Shown here in pieces: positions 8,486-15,577 of a stretch of DNA of 32,000 nucleotides (its first letter is position 1; every line of letters starts with the position of its first letter). The stretch is taken from assembly GCA_001510275.1 (NCBI GenBank), contig LFEY01000021.1, positions 18,414 to 50,413 on the forward strand. Reading direction: 5' to 3'. The position numbers and the translations under genes are program-made. The DNA is from Thaumarchaeota archaeon casp-thauma3. GTDB taxonomy: Archaea; Thermoproteota; Nitrososphaeria; Nitrososphaerales; Nitrosopumilaceae. The notes under the pieces were generated by a model. It saw only the letters and a list, made by a program, of their open reading frames with translations, did no database searches and was not told where the DNA came from.

Positions 8486-8823
8486 TGCGAGGAGGAAATC
8501 GCGAAATGCGAAGAATGATGGACAAAATGGGTCTTGATATGAATGAACTCCCAAATGTTCAAGAGGTAATAATTAAGACAGACAAAAAAGAGATTATTGT
8601 TACCAAACCATCCGTCACTGAAATGAAAGCAAAAGATAGTTCTATTTTTACAGTAACTGCAGACAGTTATGAGGAAAGAGAATTAGAAGTTCCAATTTTC
8701 TCAGAAGAGGATATTCAATTAGTCAGCCAACAAGCTGGAGTTGATGAAGAAAAGGCTAAAAATGCTTTAGAAGAAGCTAAAGGCGATCTTGCAAGAGCAA
8801 TATTGCTTTTAACCACTGGATAA
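8482..8823 (+). CDS. nac: Nascent polypeptide-associated complex protein (archaeal NAC)
   Basis: NAC domain (VQEVIIKTDKKEIIVTKPSVTEM...) plus C-terminal UBA-like helix bundle (EEDIQLVSQQAGVDEEKAKNALEEAKGDLARAILLL). ATGA overlap with the upstream gene. Confidence 0.85.
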   Translation: MMRGGNREMRRMMDKMGLDMNELPNVQEVIIKTDKKEIIVTKPSVTEMKAKDSSIFTVTADSYEERELEVPIFSEEDIQLVSQQAGVDEEKAKNALEEAKGDLARAILLLTTG

Positions 8824-8907
8824 TGTCTTAATTTTTGCCATTTTTGTGCCTAAAAACTGATTAAAAATGAATGATTTAAGTAATGGAATTGTTGAATTTT
8901 GGATATA

Positions 8908-9243
8908 ATGAGTAGCATGGCCGAATCTAAAGTTACTGGAATAATCAAGTCTTTGAATGCCTTAGAAGATGATCTAGATTCACTTAACAGCAAAGTATCT
9001 GATATGAAAAAACAACTTGTTGTAAAGGCACAAACCGAAATTGATGTCTTGTTAGAAAAAACTCGAGAAATGGCTACAAAAGAGGCTGAAATTATCATTA
9101 ATGCATCAAAAGAAAAGGCAACTGCAGAATCTGCAAAAATTACTCAAGAGGGTGAATCTAAATTATCTGAAATTCAGTCAAGTATTGATGCTAATTTTGA
9201 TAAAGCAGTAAAAGACGTTGTATCAACTGTTTTGAAAGCATAA
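8908..9243 (+). CDS. Coiled-coil protein, weakly A/V-type ATPase subunit H/G-like
   Basis: All-helical and Ala/Glu/Lys-rich (EIDVLLEKTREMATKEAEIIINASKEKATAESAKI), reminiscent of ATPase peripheral-stalk subunits. No other ATPase genes are nearby. The start is ambiguous (TTG 8899, ATG 8908, ATG 8917). Confidence 0.35.
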   Translation: MSSMAESKVTGIIKSLNALEDDLDSLNSKVSDMKKQLVVKAQTEIDVLLEKTREMATKEAEIIINASKEKATAESAKITQEGESKLSEIQSSIDANFDKAVKDVVSTVLKA

Positions 9244-9585
9244 TACTAAACCACATATTTAATCTTGTAAAATATTGATAATATGTTGAAAGATGATTGG
9301 TAAATAAAACCTAAACCTTAGATTCTAAACTCTCAAACTAACTCATTACATTTTTCGCTAAAATGTAAGGCAATATGATGAAATCGATAATAGTGCCTTG
9401 ATGAATTTCTATACTCTAAGGATCTAGAAAGACAGAATCCAAATTTCGTCAAATTCTTGTTTTCCATAAATGATCTAATCAAATTCCTTTGAAAAGACAC
9501 TAGATTGAAAATTCTTCACTTTTACCTATACAAAAATCAATAATTTCCATGGAAAAGTTTAATCAACGATTATAATCTTATTGTG

Positions 9586-9750
9586 ATGATGGTTGATCTT
9601 AGTACATATGCAAAAATAAATGAAGATATTAAATTCACAGAAGAAGATACAGTGGAACTTTTGAAGTTAAGTGAAAAGGAAATACTAGTTCTGATTCTTT
9701 CTGAATTGAAAAAGATAACAGAGAATACACAGAAAGATACCAAAAAATAA
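9586..9750 (+). CDS. Possible small protein (54 aa), below the ORF-track cutoff
   Basis: Hand translation gives MMVDLSTYAKINEDIKFTEEDTVELLKLSEKEILVLILSELKKITENTQKDTKK, ending at taa 9748-9750. It is hydrophilic and helical with normal-looking codon use. The overlapping 83-aa minus-strand track ORF (9570-9821) is Phe/Ser/Leu-rich and looks like an antisense artefact. Confidence 0.3.
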   Translation: MMVDLSTYAKINEDIKFTEEDTVELLKLSEKEILVLILSELKKITENTQKDTKK

Positions 9751-9891
9751 AATAGAATTACTGAGGTTAGAGGAATTTCTAGACTAGTCCAAAAATTAAA
9801 AATTTTTGAAAATAACACCAATTTACTACTTTTTTACCCTCACTTTACTGGTACAATGATGAAAGTATGAACACATCTTAAATTTTCTTTG

Positions 9892-10064
9892 TTTTTTTGA
9901 AAAAAAATGAAATTTTTAGTTAAACAACTATATTGGTACATGTTATTTTTTGAAAAAATATGATTTGAAAATAAGCTATACATATTTATTGAAGATTTGA
10001 TCGTTTTTTTTGAAACTAATAACTTTGATCGCAAAATAATTCAAAATATTTTCATGTTTTTTGA
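9892..10064. repeat. Series of T-run/G/A-run elements (TTTTTTGAAAAAA-like odd palindromes) in a very AT-rich upstream region
   Basis: T7-G-A8 at 9892-9907, T6-G-A6 at 9946-9958, T8-G-A3 at 10004-10015, T6-G-A at 10057-10064, plus T5-G-A4 at 9803-9812. The central G residues are spaced 53, 60 and 51 nt apart. Confidence 0.45.
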
Positions 10065-10093
10065 TTTTTTTAATAAATTTTATCGATCCATTC

Positions 10094-10100
10094 TTATATA
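10094..10100 (+). promoter_or_regulatory. TATA box (ttatata) about 30 nt upstream of ATG 10129
   Basis: Canonical archaeal TATA sequence at a suitable distance from the Zn-ribbon gene start. Confidence 0.5.
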
Positions 10101-10128
10101 GTTGTGAATTCTATAACAAATTACCAAG

Positions 10129-10572
10129 ATGACATGTAAAGGAATTTGTGTTAGATACAAGGCTCAAAAGCCTGTTGGAACAGGAAGATACGCCTCTGGA
10201 CAACGTCGATGCCAAATTTGTGAAATTTTCATCAAATGGGAAGGACTTTGGTGTCCGTGTTGTGGATATAGATTAAGAACAAAACCACGTAATCTAAAAT
10301 ACAAAGCAAAATTACGTGCTAGGGTTGAGGCTGATTCTATTGAAGCTAAAGCAGTTGCAAATAATCAATCAGAAGAGATTGAAGTTAAAGTAGCAGCAAA
10401 ATCAAAAATTAAAACAAAAAAATCTAAACTAGCAATAAAAGCTAAAGAAAAGACTCCATGCCGATTTTGTGAAAAACTGTTTGTTTATGCAGATAAACAC
10501 GAAAACAACTGCAAGAAAAATCCAAATATCGAAACCTCCCAAGAAAGTGAAACAATAGCAATAAAAGCATAA
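10129..10572 (+). CDS. Cys-rich zinc-ribbon protein with Lys-rich linker and C-terminal C2HC-like finger; function unknown
   Basis: Cys residues at positions 3, 7, 28, 31, 42, 44 and 45 (CKGIC...CQIC...CPCCG). A Lys/Ala-rich middle follows, then CRFC-x9-H-x3-C (residues 111-128). Confidence 0.6.
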   Translation: MTCKGICVRYKAQKPVGTGRYASGQRRCQICEIFIKWEGLWCPCCGYRLRTKPRNLKYKAKLRARVEADSIEAKAVANNQSEEIEVKVAAKSKIKTKKSKLAIKAKEKTPCRFCEKLFVYADKHENNCKKNPNIETSQESETIAIKA

Positions 10573-10589
10573 GATTTGTTCATAGCTCA

Positions 10590-10931
10590 TTGCTCTCTCC
10601 AAATGGATTTTCACAAAAAATCATAAATTTGGAGAGACGAACTTTTTCTTTACAAATTCAAAAATTTGAAAATGGATATTTTGTTTCTGTAACAGAAGGA
10701 ATTAACAAAATTGGCTCTATGGTTGTTTCTTTAGCAACTGGACCAACTCCAATTACAACAACTATTATCCCATCGAGGACTGAATCTCTTTTTCTAAAAC
10801 TCATTGCTGAAAGAATTAGTACTAGAATAAGAGGTATTGTTTTAGTTTCTACCTTTATTCAAAAAGAATTAGAACCTAATACTGCAAAAGCCTTAATGTC
10901 TGAGATAATGGAGATGATAGAAAGTGACTGA
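10590..10931 (+). CDS. Small hypothetical protein translationally coupled to the UbiD-family gene (weak resemblance to PAC4/PbaA-type chaperone pattern)
   Basis: 113-aa ORF with only TTG starts available (10590 or 10629). Its stop (10929-10931) overlaps the GTG start of the next gene (GTGACTGA). The pattern F.LQ....NG.FVSV......GS..VSL....P...T..IP......L.L.AERI..R....V.VS is only suggestive. Confidence 0.45.
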   Translation: MLSPNGFSQKIINLERRTFSLQIQKFENGYFVSVTEGINKIGSMVVSLATGPTPITTTIIPSRTESLFLKLIAERISTRIRGIVLVSTFIQKELEPNTAKALMSEIMEMIESD

Positions 10932-12255
10932 TTTAAGAAATTTTATTTCTAAAATCAAAAAAAATAAAGATCTTAAAACAGTAAAAACAAAAGTTTCTAC
11001 AAAATTTGAAATTGCTGGAATTACCGCAAAAGTTGACGGTTCATATGCTGTTTTATTTGAAAATATCAAAGAAAGTAATTTTCGTTTAGTTTCTAATTTA
11101 GTGGGAACTAGAAAGAGATTTGCTATGGCAGTTGGAGGAACCGAAGATAACATTCATGAAAAAGTTATTTCAGCAATCAAAAAAGCTAAACGGCCAAAAA
11201 TTGTCTCTTCTGGAAAATTCATGGAAAACAGGTCAAAAAATCTATTATCCATGCCTATTGTAACTCATTTTGAAAAGGAATCTGGACCATTTATCACATC
11301 TTCTATTGCTTATGCAAAAAATCCTGAAACTGGAAAACAAAATTCTTCTTTTCACAGATTAATGCCAATTGATAAAACTCATTTTTCCATAAGAATGGTA
11401 GAAGGACGTCATTTACACAGATGTTTTGTTGATGCTAAAAAACATGGTGAAGATCTAAAAATTGCAATAACTGTAGGAGTTCACCCCGCAATTTCAATTG
11501 CAGGTGCATATCAAGCAGAATGGGGAAAAGATGAAATTGATATTGCAAATGCTCTTTTGGGAGGAAAACTAACTTTGGCAAAACTTTCTTCTTCAGGATT
11601 GAATGTGCCATCTGATTCTGAAATTGTTATGGAAGGAAAAATTCTTCGTGATAAAACTCATCTTGAATGGATGGTTGAAATGCTTCAAACATATGATCAT
11701 AAAAGACCTCAACCTATTTTTGAACTTGAAAATCTCTATTTCAGGAATAATCCAATTTTTCATGATGTTTTATCTGGTTATTCAGAACATAGATTACTAA
11801 TGGGAATGCCAATTGAATCCAAGTTAAATGGAGAATTAAAGAAAAGTTATTCTCAAACACTACAAGTATCAATGACTAATGGTGGATGCAATTGGCTACA
11901 TGCTGTTGTACAAATTAAAAAGAAAAATGAATCTGATCCTAAAAAAATAATTAAAAAAACATTTGATTCTCATCGTTCCCTAAAACAAGTAATTGTAGTT
12001 GATGAAGATATTGATCCTAATAGTGCTGAATCAGTAGAATATGCAATGGCTACAAGATTTCAAGCGGATAAAGATCTGATTATTCTCAAAAATGTTCGTG
12101 GCTCCAGTCTTGACCCTTCTAGTAATCAACAGAAATTACGAACTGCCAAAATGGGTATTGATGCAACCAGATCTCTTTCAAAACGTCCAGATGGATTTGA
12201 ATTGGCAAAAATACCAAAAATTGGTAAAATTAAACTAGAGAAATATTTCAAATGA
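10924..12255 (+). CDS. UbiD-family (prFMN-dependent) decarboxylase
   Basis: N-terminal LRNFISKIKKNKDLKTVKTKVSTKFEIAGI, NSSFHRLM and overall length (443 aa) are typical of UbiD homologues. The GTG start is required because there is no ATG until residue ~67. Confidence 0.8.
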   Translation: MTDLRNFISKIKKNKDLKTVKTKVSTKFEIAGITAKVDGSYAVLFENIKESNFRLVSNLVGTRKRFAMAVGGTEDNIHEKVISAIKKAKRPKIVSSGKFMENRSKNLLSMPIVTHFEKESGPFITSSIAYAKNPETGKQNSSFHRLMPIDKTHFSIRMVEGRHLHRCFVDAKKHGEDLKIAITVGVHPAISIAGAYQAEWGKDEIDIANALLGGKLTLAKLSSSGLNVPSDSEIVMEGKILRDKTHLEWMVEMLQTYDHKRPQPIFELENLYFRNNPIFHDVLSGYSEHRLLMGMPIESKLNGELKKSYSQTLQVSMTNGGCNWLHAVVQIKKKNESDPKKIIKKTFDSHRSLKQVIVVDEDIDPNSAESVEYAMATRFQADKDLIILKNVRGSSLDPSSNQQKLRTAKMGIDATRSLSKRPDGFELAKIPKIGKIKLEKYFK

Positions 12256-12312
12256 TAAAGCTGACTCATTAAATTAAATTGGATGAATTAAGAAACTATT
12301 AAGAGATTGAAA

Positions 12313-12798
12313 ATGTCATCAGAAAATCCCCCTAATGAGAAAAGCCCTTCTGAATCACATGCAGAAGTAATTGTTAGGATGTTTCCTTCAGATGCAAATC
12401 CAGCAGGAAATGTGTTTGGCGGTGAAATTTTAAAACATATTGATATGGTTGCAGGAATTGTAGCCCAACGACATTCTCAGTCAAATGCAGTAACTGTATC
12501 TATGGATAGTGTTAATTTTCTAAAACCTGTTTTTGTAGGTAATGTTCTCAAACTAAATGCAAGAATAAATTATGTACATAACTCGTCAATGGAAATTGAA
12601 GTTAAATCTGAAGCTGAAGATATTGTAACTGGAATAAGGACAATTACTGGAACTGCTTTTGTTACGTTTGTAGCTCTTGATAAAAATGGAAAACCAATGC
12701 ATGTACCTAGATTAGCTCTTAAAACAGATGAAGATAGAATCAAGTTTGAAGAAGGTAAATCTAGAATGGAAAAACGATTAAAAAATCGTCAAACCTAA
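12313..12798 (+). CDS. Acyl-CoA thioesterase (hotdog fold, YciA/BFIT-type acyl-CoA hydrolase)
   Basis: MFPSDANPAGNVFGGEILKHIDMVAGIVA...VTVSMDSVNFLKPVFVGNVL is the classic acyl-CoA hydrolase hotdog signature. Confidence 0.8.
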   Translation: MSSENPPNEKSPSESHAEVIVRMFPSDANPAGNVFGGEILKHIDMVAGIVAQRHSQSNAVTVSMDSVNFLKPVFVGNVLKLNARINYVHNSSMEIEVKSEAEDIVTGIRTITGTAFVTFVALDKNGKPMHVPRLALKTDEDRIKFEEGKSRMEKRLKNRQT

Positions 12799-12851
12799 TC
12801 CTCCCTGATTTTATGGATCCACTTAAGAATAACGAAAACTATCTTTAGTTA

Positions 12852-13262
12852 ATGTCTGAACAAGGAAAAAACAACGAGTGGGATTCATTATGGGGAGAGT
12901 ATACAAAATCTCTTGAAAGCTGGAAATCCCTTTTTGAGCAAATTCAGAATGCAAGTAATGATATGCAATCTAAATTCAATGAAGTCTGGGAAAAAGCAAC
13001 TGTTGAATCTAGTGCTGAAACCATGAAATCATTTGGAGAAAATTGGCAAAAAGCTATGACTGATGTAGGAATGAATTCCTTCAAAGAAATTAGTGAAAAT
13101 TGGCAAAAAGCTCTTAATGATTCGAATGCTTCTGTTTTCAAACAATTTGCTGAAAATTGGCAAAAGACTCTAAGCTCATCTGGATTAGAACAGATGAACG
13201 CTTATGGCGAAATGATGAAAAAATTTGCTGAAACTTGGAATACTATGTGGCCAAGACCATAA
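12852..13262 (+). CDS. Trp-rich helical repeat protein (ENWQKA repeats), function unknown; paralogue of 15104-15577
   Basis: 136 aa with four repeats: FGENWQKAMTD, ISENWQKALND, FAENWQKTLSS, FAETWNTMW. The N-terminal W.EY...L..WK and central KA.VES.AE align with the minus-strand ORF at 15104-15577. Confidence 0.65.
   Translation: MSEQGKNNEWDSLWGEYTKSLESWKSLFEQIQNASNDMQSKFNEVWEKATVESSAETMKSFGENWQKAMTDVGMNSFKEISENWQKALNDSNASVFKQFAENWQKTLSSSGLEQMNAYGEMMKKFAETWNTMWPRP
13038..13169 (+). repeat. Intragenic 57-nt tandem repeat with an 18-nt identical core gaaaattggcaaaaagct
   Basis: The core is identical at 13038-13055 and 13095-13112 and differs at 2 of 18 positions (gaaaattggcaaaagact) at 13152-13169. 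All copies are in frame (codons 63, 82, 101). Confidence 0.8.
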
Positions 13263-13304
13263 TAATTTTCGAAAGAATAAAACCTTGGGTTATCTACTAT
13301 TTTT

Positions 13305-13967
13305 TTGATGACAATCACTCAGAATGAATGCTTTGTTGAATTATCTAGTTTTGATGATTTAGCAAGATATGCTTGTGCATTTAGAGAATATCCACAAAGA
13401 GTATACTCTCAAGAATTTGATGGAGCAAGAATTATTTCAACTAGTTTAACTCTTGCAAATACTTTATTGATTCTGTATACCCAAATGCCAAAATCTGGTA
13501 GGTATATTTCATACCAAGTCAATGCAGGAAAAGAGATTTGTGATATTGTAGAATCTACAAAAGACATTTCAAATTATGCACCTATTGTACATATGGAATC
13601 AAAAATTTCCTCACTGTCTGTGAAAAATGAAAAAATTTCTGATCAATTTCATCCAATTCAAGTTAAAGATTTGGGAAGTTTAGCACGATTAACATATAAC
13701 CCTGAGTTTCCAGATGAACAAAATCTTACTCTATATGCGTTACCTCACAAAAATTCTTGGGTAGTGGGATACCTTACCTCATTAGAAATGGATGAAGTAA
13801 TCTATAATTTCAATTATGTTAAATTAGATTCTGAACCTGCTAAACATTTTATGAAGTATAGGGGAAGTCAAGGGCAAGATCCTGAATTTTCTAATAATTT
13901 TGATCATGGATTTTCATATTTACCGATTATTAAAATTAAAAATGAACATTCTATCTTTGGGTTTTAA
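13305..13967 (+). CDS. Hypothetical protein (220 aa)
   Basis: Long ORF with normal composition, 42 nt downstream of the Trp-repeat gene (TTG 13305 followed immediately by ATG 13308). No recognisable motif. Confidence 0.55.
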   Translation: MMTITQNECFVELSSFDDLARYACAFREYPQRVYSQEFDGARIISTSLTLANTLLILYTQMPKSGRYISYQVNAGKEICDIVESTKDISNYAPIVHMESKISSLSVKNEKISDQFHPIQVKDLGSLARLTYNPEFPDEQNLTLYALPHKNSWVVGYLTSLEMDEVIYNFNYVKLDSEPAKHFMKYRGSQGQDPEFSNNFDHGFSYLPIIKIKNEHSIFGF

Positions 13968-13981
13968 ATTAATTTTTAAAA
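13968..13981. terminator. Possible bidirectional T-run terminator (attaatttttaaaa) in the 14-nt gap between convergent genes
   Basis: T5 on the plus strand (13973-13977) and T4 on the minus strand (13978-13981). Archaeal termination commonly uses oligo-T. Confidence 0.3.
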
Positions 13982-14665
13982 CTAATTCCACGTAGTTAAT
14001 TCTTTAATTTTTTTCCTTGATTCTTCAACTAATCGTTTCATAACTGGAATGTAAATTTCAGATGCATACGTAATTTCAATATCTTTGTATTCTTCAATAT
14101 CTAGAAATGTGGATGCAATTACCTGGGTTTCTTTTACTTTGGGCTCGTTATTTTTACTTCTTTTATGATTTATGATTTCTAAAAATGTTGGTAATTGTCT
14201 TTTGATTTCAATATCTAATTCTTCTTTTGAACGTAATTTTTCATGACTCAAATTTACTTTGATCTGTTGATACACATCATCTTTGTATCTATCTGATGCT
14301 CTGATCATGATTTTAATTTTAGGTAATTTTTCAAATTTGTTTTTGAATTGACATATTTTTTTAATGAAATTTGGATATGGATTTTCATGTTCTTGATTGT
14401 ATTTTATTAAATACCATTCTGAAAACTTTATCGCATTTTGATCATTCTTCTTCTTTGCTTTTTCTTCGAATTTTTTTTCTGAAATTTTTTCTGAAATAAA
14501 TAATCCAAAATCTCTATTTCCCTCCTCAAAAATTCCATCAAATGTATCATTTACAGAATTTATGTATTTATTAAAAAAATAATTTACATAGTAAGGATCA
14601 GGATCGTATTGTTTAATCTGTTTTAGATATATTTCACAGTCCTTTATCGTTTTTTCAATATTCAT
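13982..14665 (-). CDS. Hypothetical protein (227 aa), Lys/Glu/Asn/Tyr-rich, no recognised domain
   Basis: ATG 14663-14665 overlaps the upstream stop by 1 nt (TAATG). Two 60-nt lines counted by hand (14041-14100 and 14401-14460) are 25% GC. Confidence 0.55.
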   Translation of the reverse strand: MNIEKTIKDCEIYLKQIKQYDPDPYYVNYFFNKYINSVNDTFDGIFEEGNRDFGLFISEKISEKKFEEKAKKKNDQNAIKFSEWYLIKYNQEHENPYPNFIKKICQFKNKFEKLPKIKIMIRASDRYKDDVYQQIKVNLSHEKLRSKEELDIEIKRQLPTFLEIINHKRSKNNEPKVKETQVIASTFLDIEEYKDIEITYASEIYIPVMKRLVEESRKKIKELTTWN

Positions 14666-15045
14666 TAATCTTTACTAGATTCACAAGTTCTATATTTTGA
14701 TTGTGCCTTCAAACTTGTTGATAATTCTTTGAAAATTTCATTTACACTGACATCAACTAGATTAATGGTTGCATTTTCCTTTACGATTTGTTTTTCAAAC
14801 TTTTCTTTTATTGCAAAAGATACTGATGACCAATGTAGAGTTCCTTTTAATTGCTCTTCAACTGTAATATTTGTTGTTGGGAAGTTTGCTGGTGAAAATA
14901 CAATTCCATTTGTCCATTGCATTGTGGGAATTCCTCCGCCTGAGGATTTTGTACTAAATGCTATTTGTTTTACCCAATCCTCAAATTTGTATTCAATTAC
15001 TTCATGAATAATCAATTTTTTCCATGGCTCTATAGTGATTTCCAT
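14665..15045 (-). CDS. Hypothetical protein (126 aa)
   Basis: ORF immediately upstream of, and overlapping, the 227-aa gene. Contains SSGGGIPTMQWTNGIVFSP. No recognised domain. Confidence 0.5.
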   Translation of the reverse strand: MEITIEPWKKLIIHEVIEYKFEDWVKQIAFSTKSSGGGIPTMQWTNGIVFSPANFPTTNITVEEQLKGTLHWSSVSFAIKEKFEKQIVKENATINLVDVSVNEIFKELSTSLKAQSKYRTCESSKD

Positions 15046-15103
15046 CTAATTATGGTACTTTCAAACCAATTATAATCTTATTTTTTTAGTCTAATTTACA
15101 GAA

Positions 15104-15577
15104 TTACATCTTTTTTGATTGCCATGCTTGATTAAATCTTTTGATGGCTTCTTGGTATGCCGTAATTGAATCTCCCCCTGATGTTTTAAGAAATGTTTCC
15201 CATTGCTCATTGAATTTTTTTATTGATTCGATATTGGTTTCTTTAAAAATATTTTCAATCATCTTTGTTTGTTGTTTAATGTATTCAGGAGCAATTTCTT
15301 CCCATGTACTCTCCCAACTTGAACTCACTTTTTTTAATAATTCTGCATCTGATTCTACTGCTTTTTGACATGCATCATTATACGCTGTTAGAGTTTCATT
15401 TGTAGCTTTTTGCCATTGTGCAAGAGATTCTTTCCAACCATTTAACGCAGAGTTATACTCTGTCCATGCTTTTTCAAATTCTGGTTTTTTTGTTGACGAT
15501 TTTACTTGTTTTTTTGGTTTGGTAGTTGTTTTTTTGATTAACTTCTTTTTATGAACACTCTTTTTCTTGGCAGCCAT
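15104..15577 (-). CDS. Lys-rich N-terminal tail + Trp-rich helical domain; paralogue of 12852-13262
   Basis: MAAKKKSVHKKKLIKKTTTKPKKQVKSSTKKPEF is followed by KAWTEYNSALNGWKESLAQWQKATNE...KAVESDAE...ITAYQEAIKRFNQAW. This aligns along the whole length of the 136-aa protein at 12852-13262. Confidence 0.65.
   Translation of the reverse strand: MAAKKKSVHKKKLIKKTTTKPKKQVKSSTKKPEFEKAWTEYNSALNGWKESLAQWQKATNETLTAYNDACQKAVESDAELLKKVSSSWESTWEEIAPEYIKQQTKMIENIFKETNIESIKKFNEQWETFLKTSGGDSITAYQEAIKRFNQAWQSKKM

Noticed and set aside
9375-9420. Possible C/D-box sRNA: ATGATGA (9375-9381), a 12-nt spacer, then TTGATGA (9398-9404) and another 12-nt spacer. The box spacing looks right.
   Set aside because: The positions where the D' and D boxes (CTGA) should sit read TGCC and TAAG, and no CTGA lies within reach. 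There are also no terminal complementary ends. A second ATGATGA at about 9856 likewise lacks a D box.
9334-9468. A 44-aa minus-strand ORF (MENKNLTKFGFCLSRSLEYRNSSRHYYRFHHIALHFSEKCNELV).
   Set aside because: The composition looks random, there is no motif, and an ORF of this length is expected by chance in 340 bp of AT-rich DNA.
9570-10034. Track ORFs 9570-9821 (-) and 9840-10034 (-) as real genes filling the gap.
   Set aside because: Both are Phe/Ser/Leu/Ile/Asn-rich products of AT-rich or antisense sequence. Both have TTG starts, no promoter-like element at the right distance and no recognisable motif.
9781-10128. The AT-rich, repeat-containing region considered as a replication origin (DUE plus origin recognition boxes).
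   Set aside because: There is no orc1/cdc6 gene nearby. There are no G-string-containing ORB or mini-ORB-like elements, and the repeats are simple T-run/A-run palindromes. A promoter or curved-DNA interpretation is more economical.
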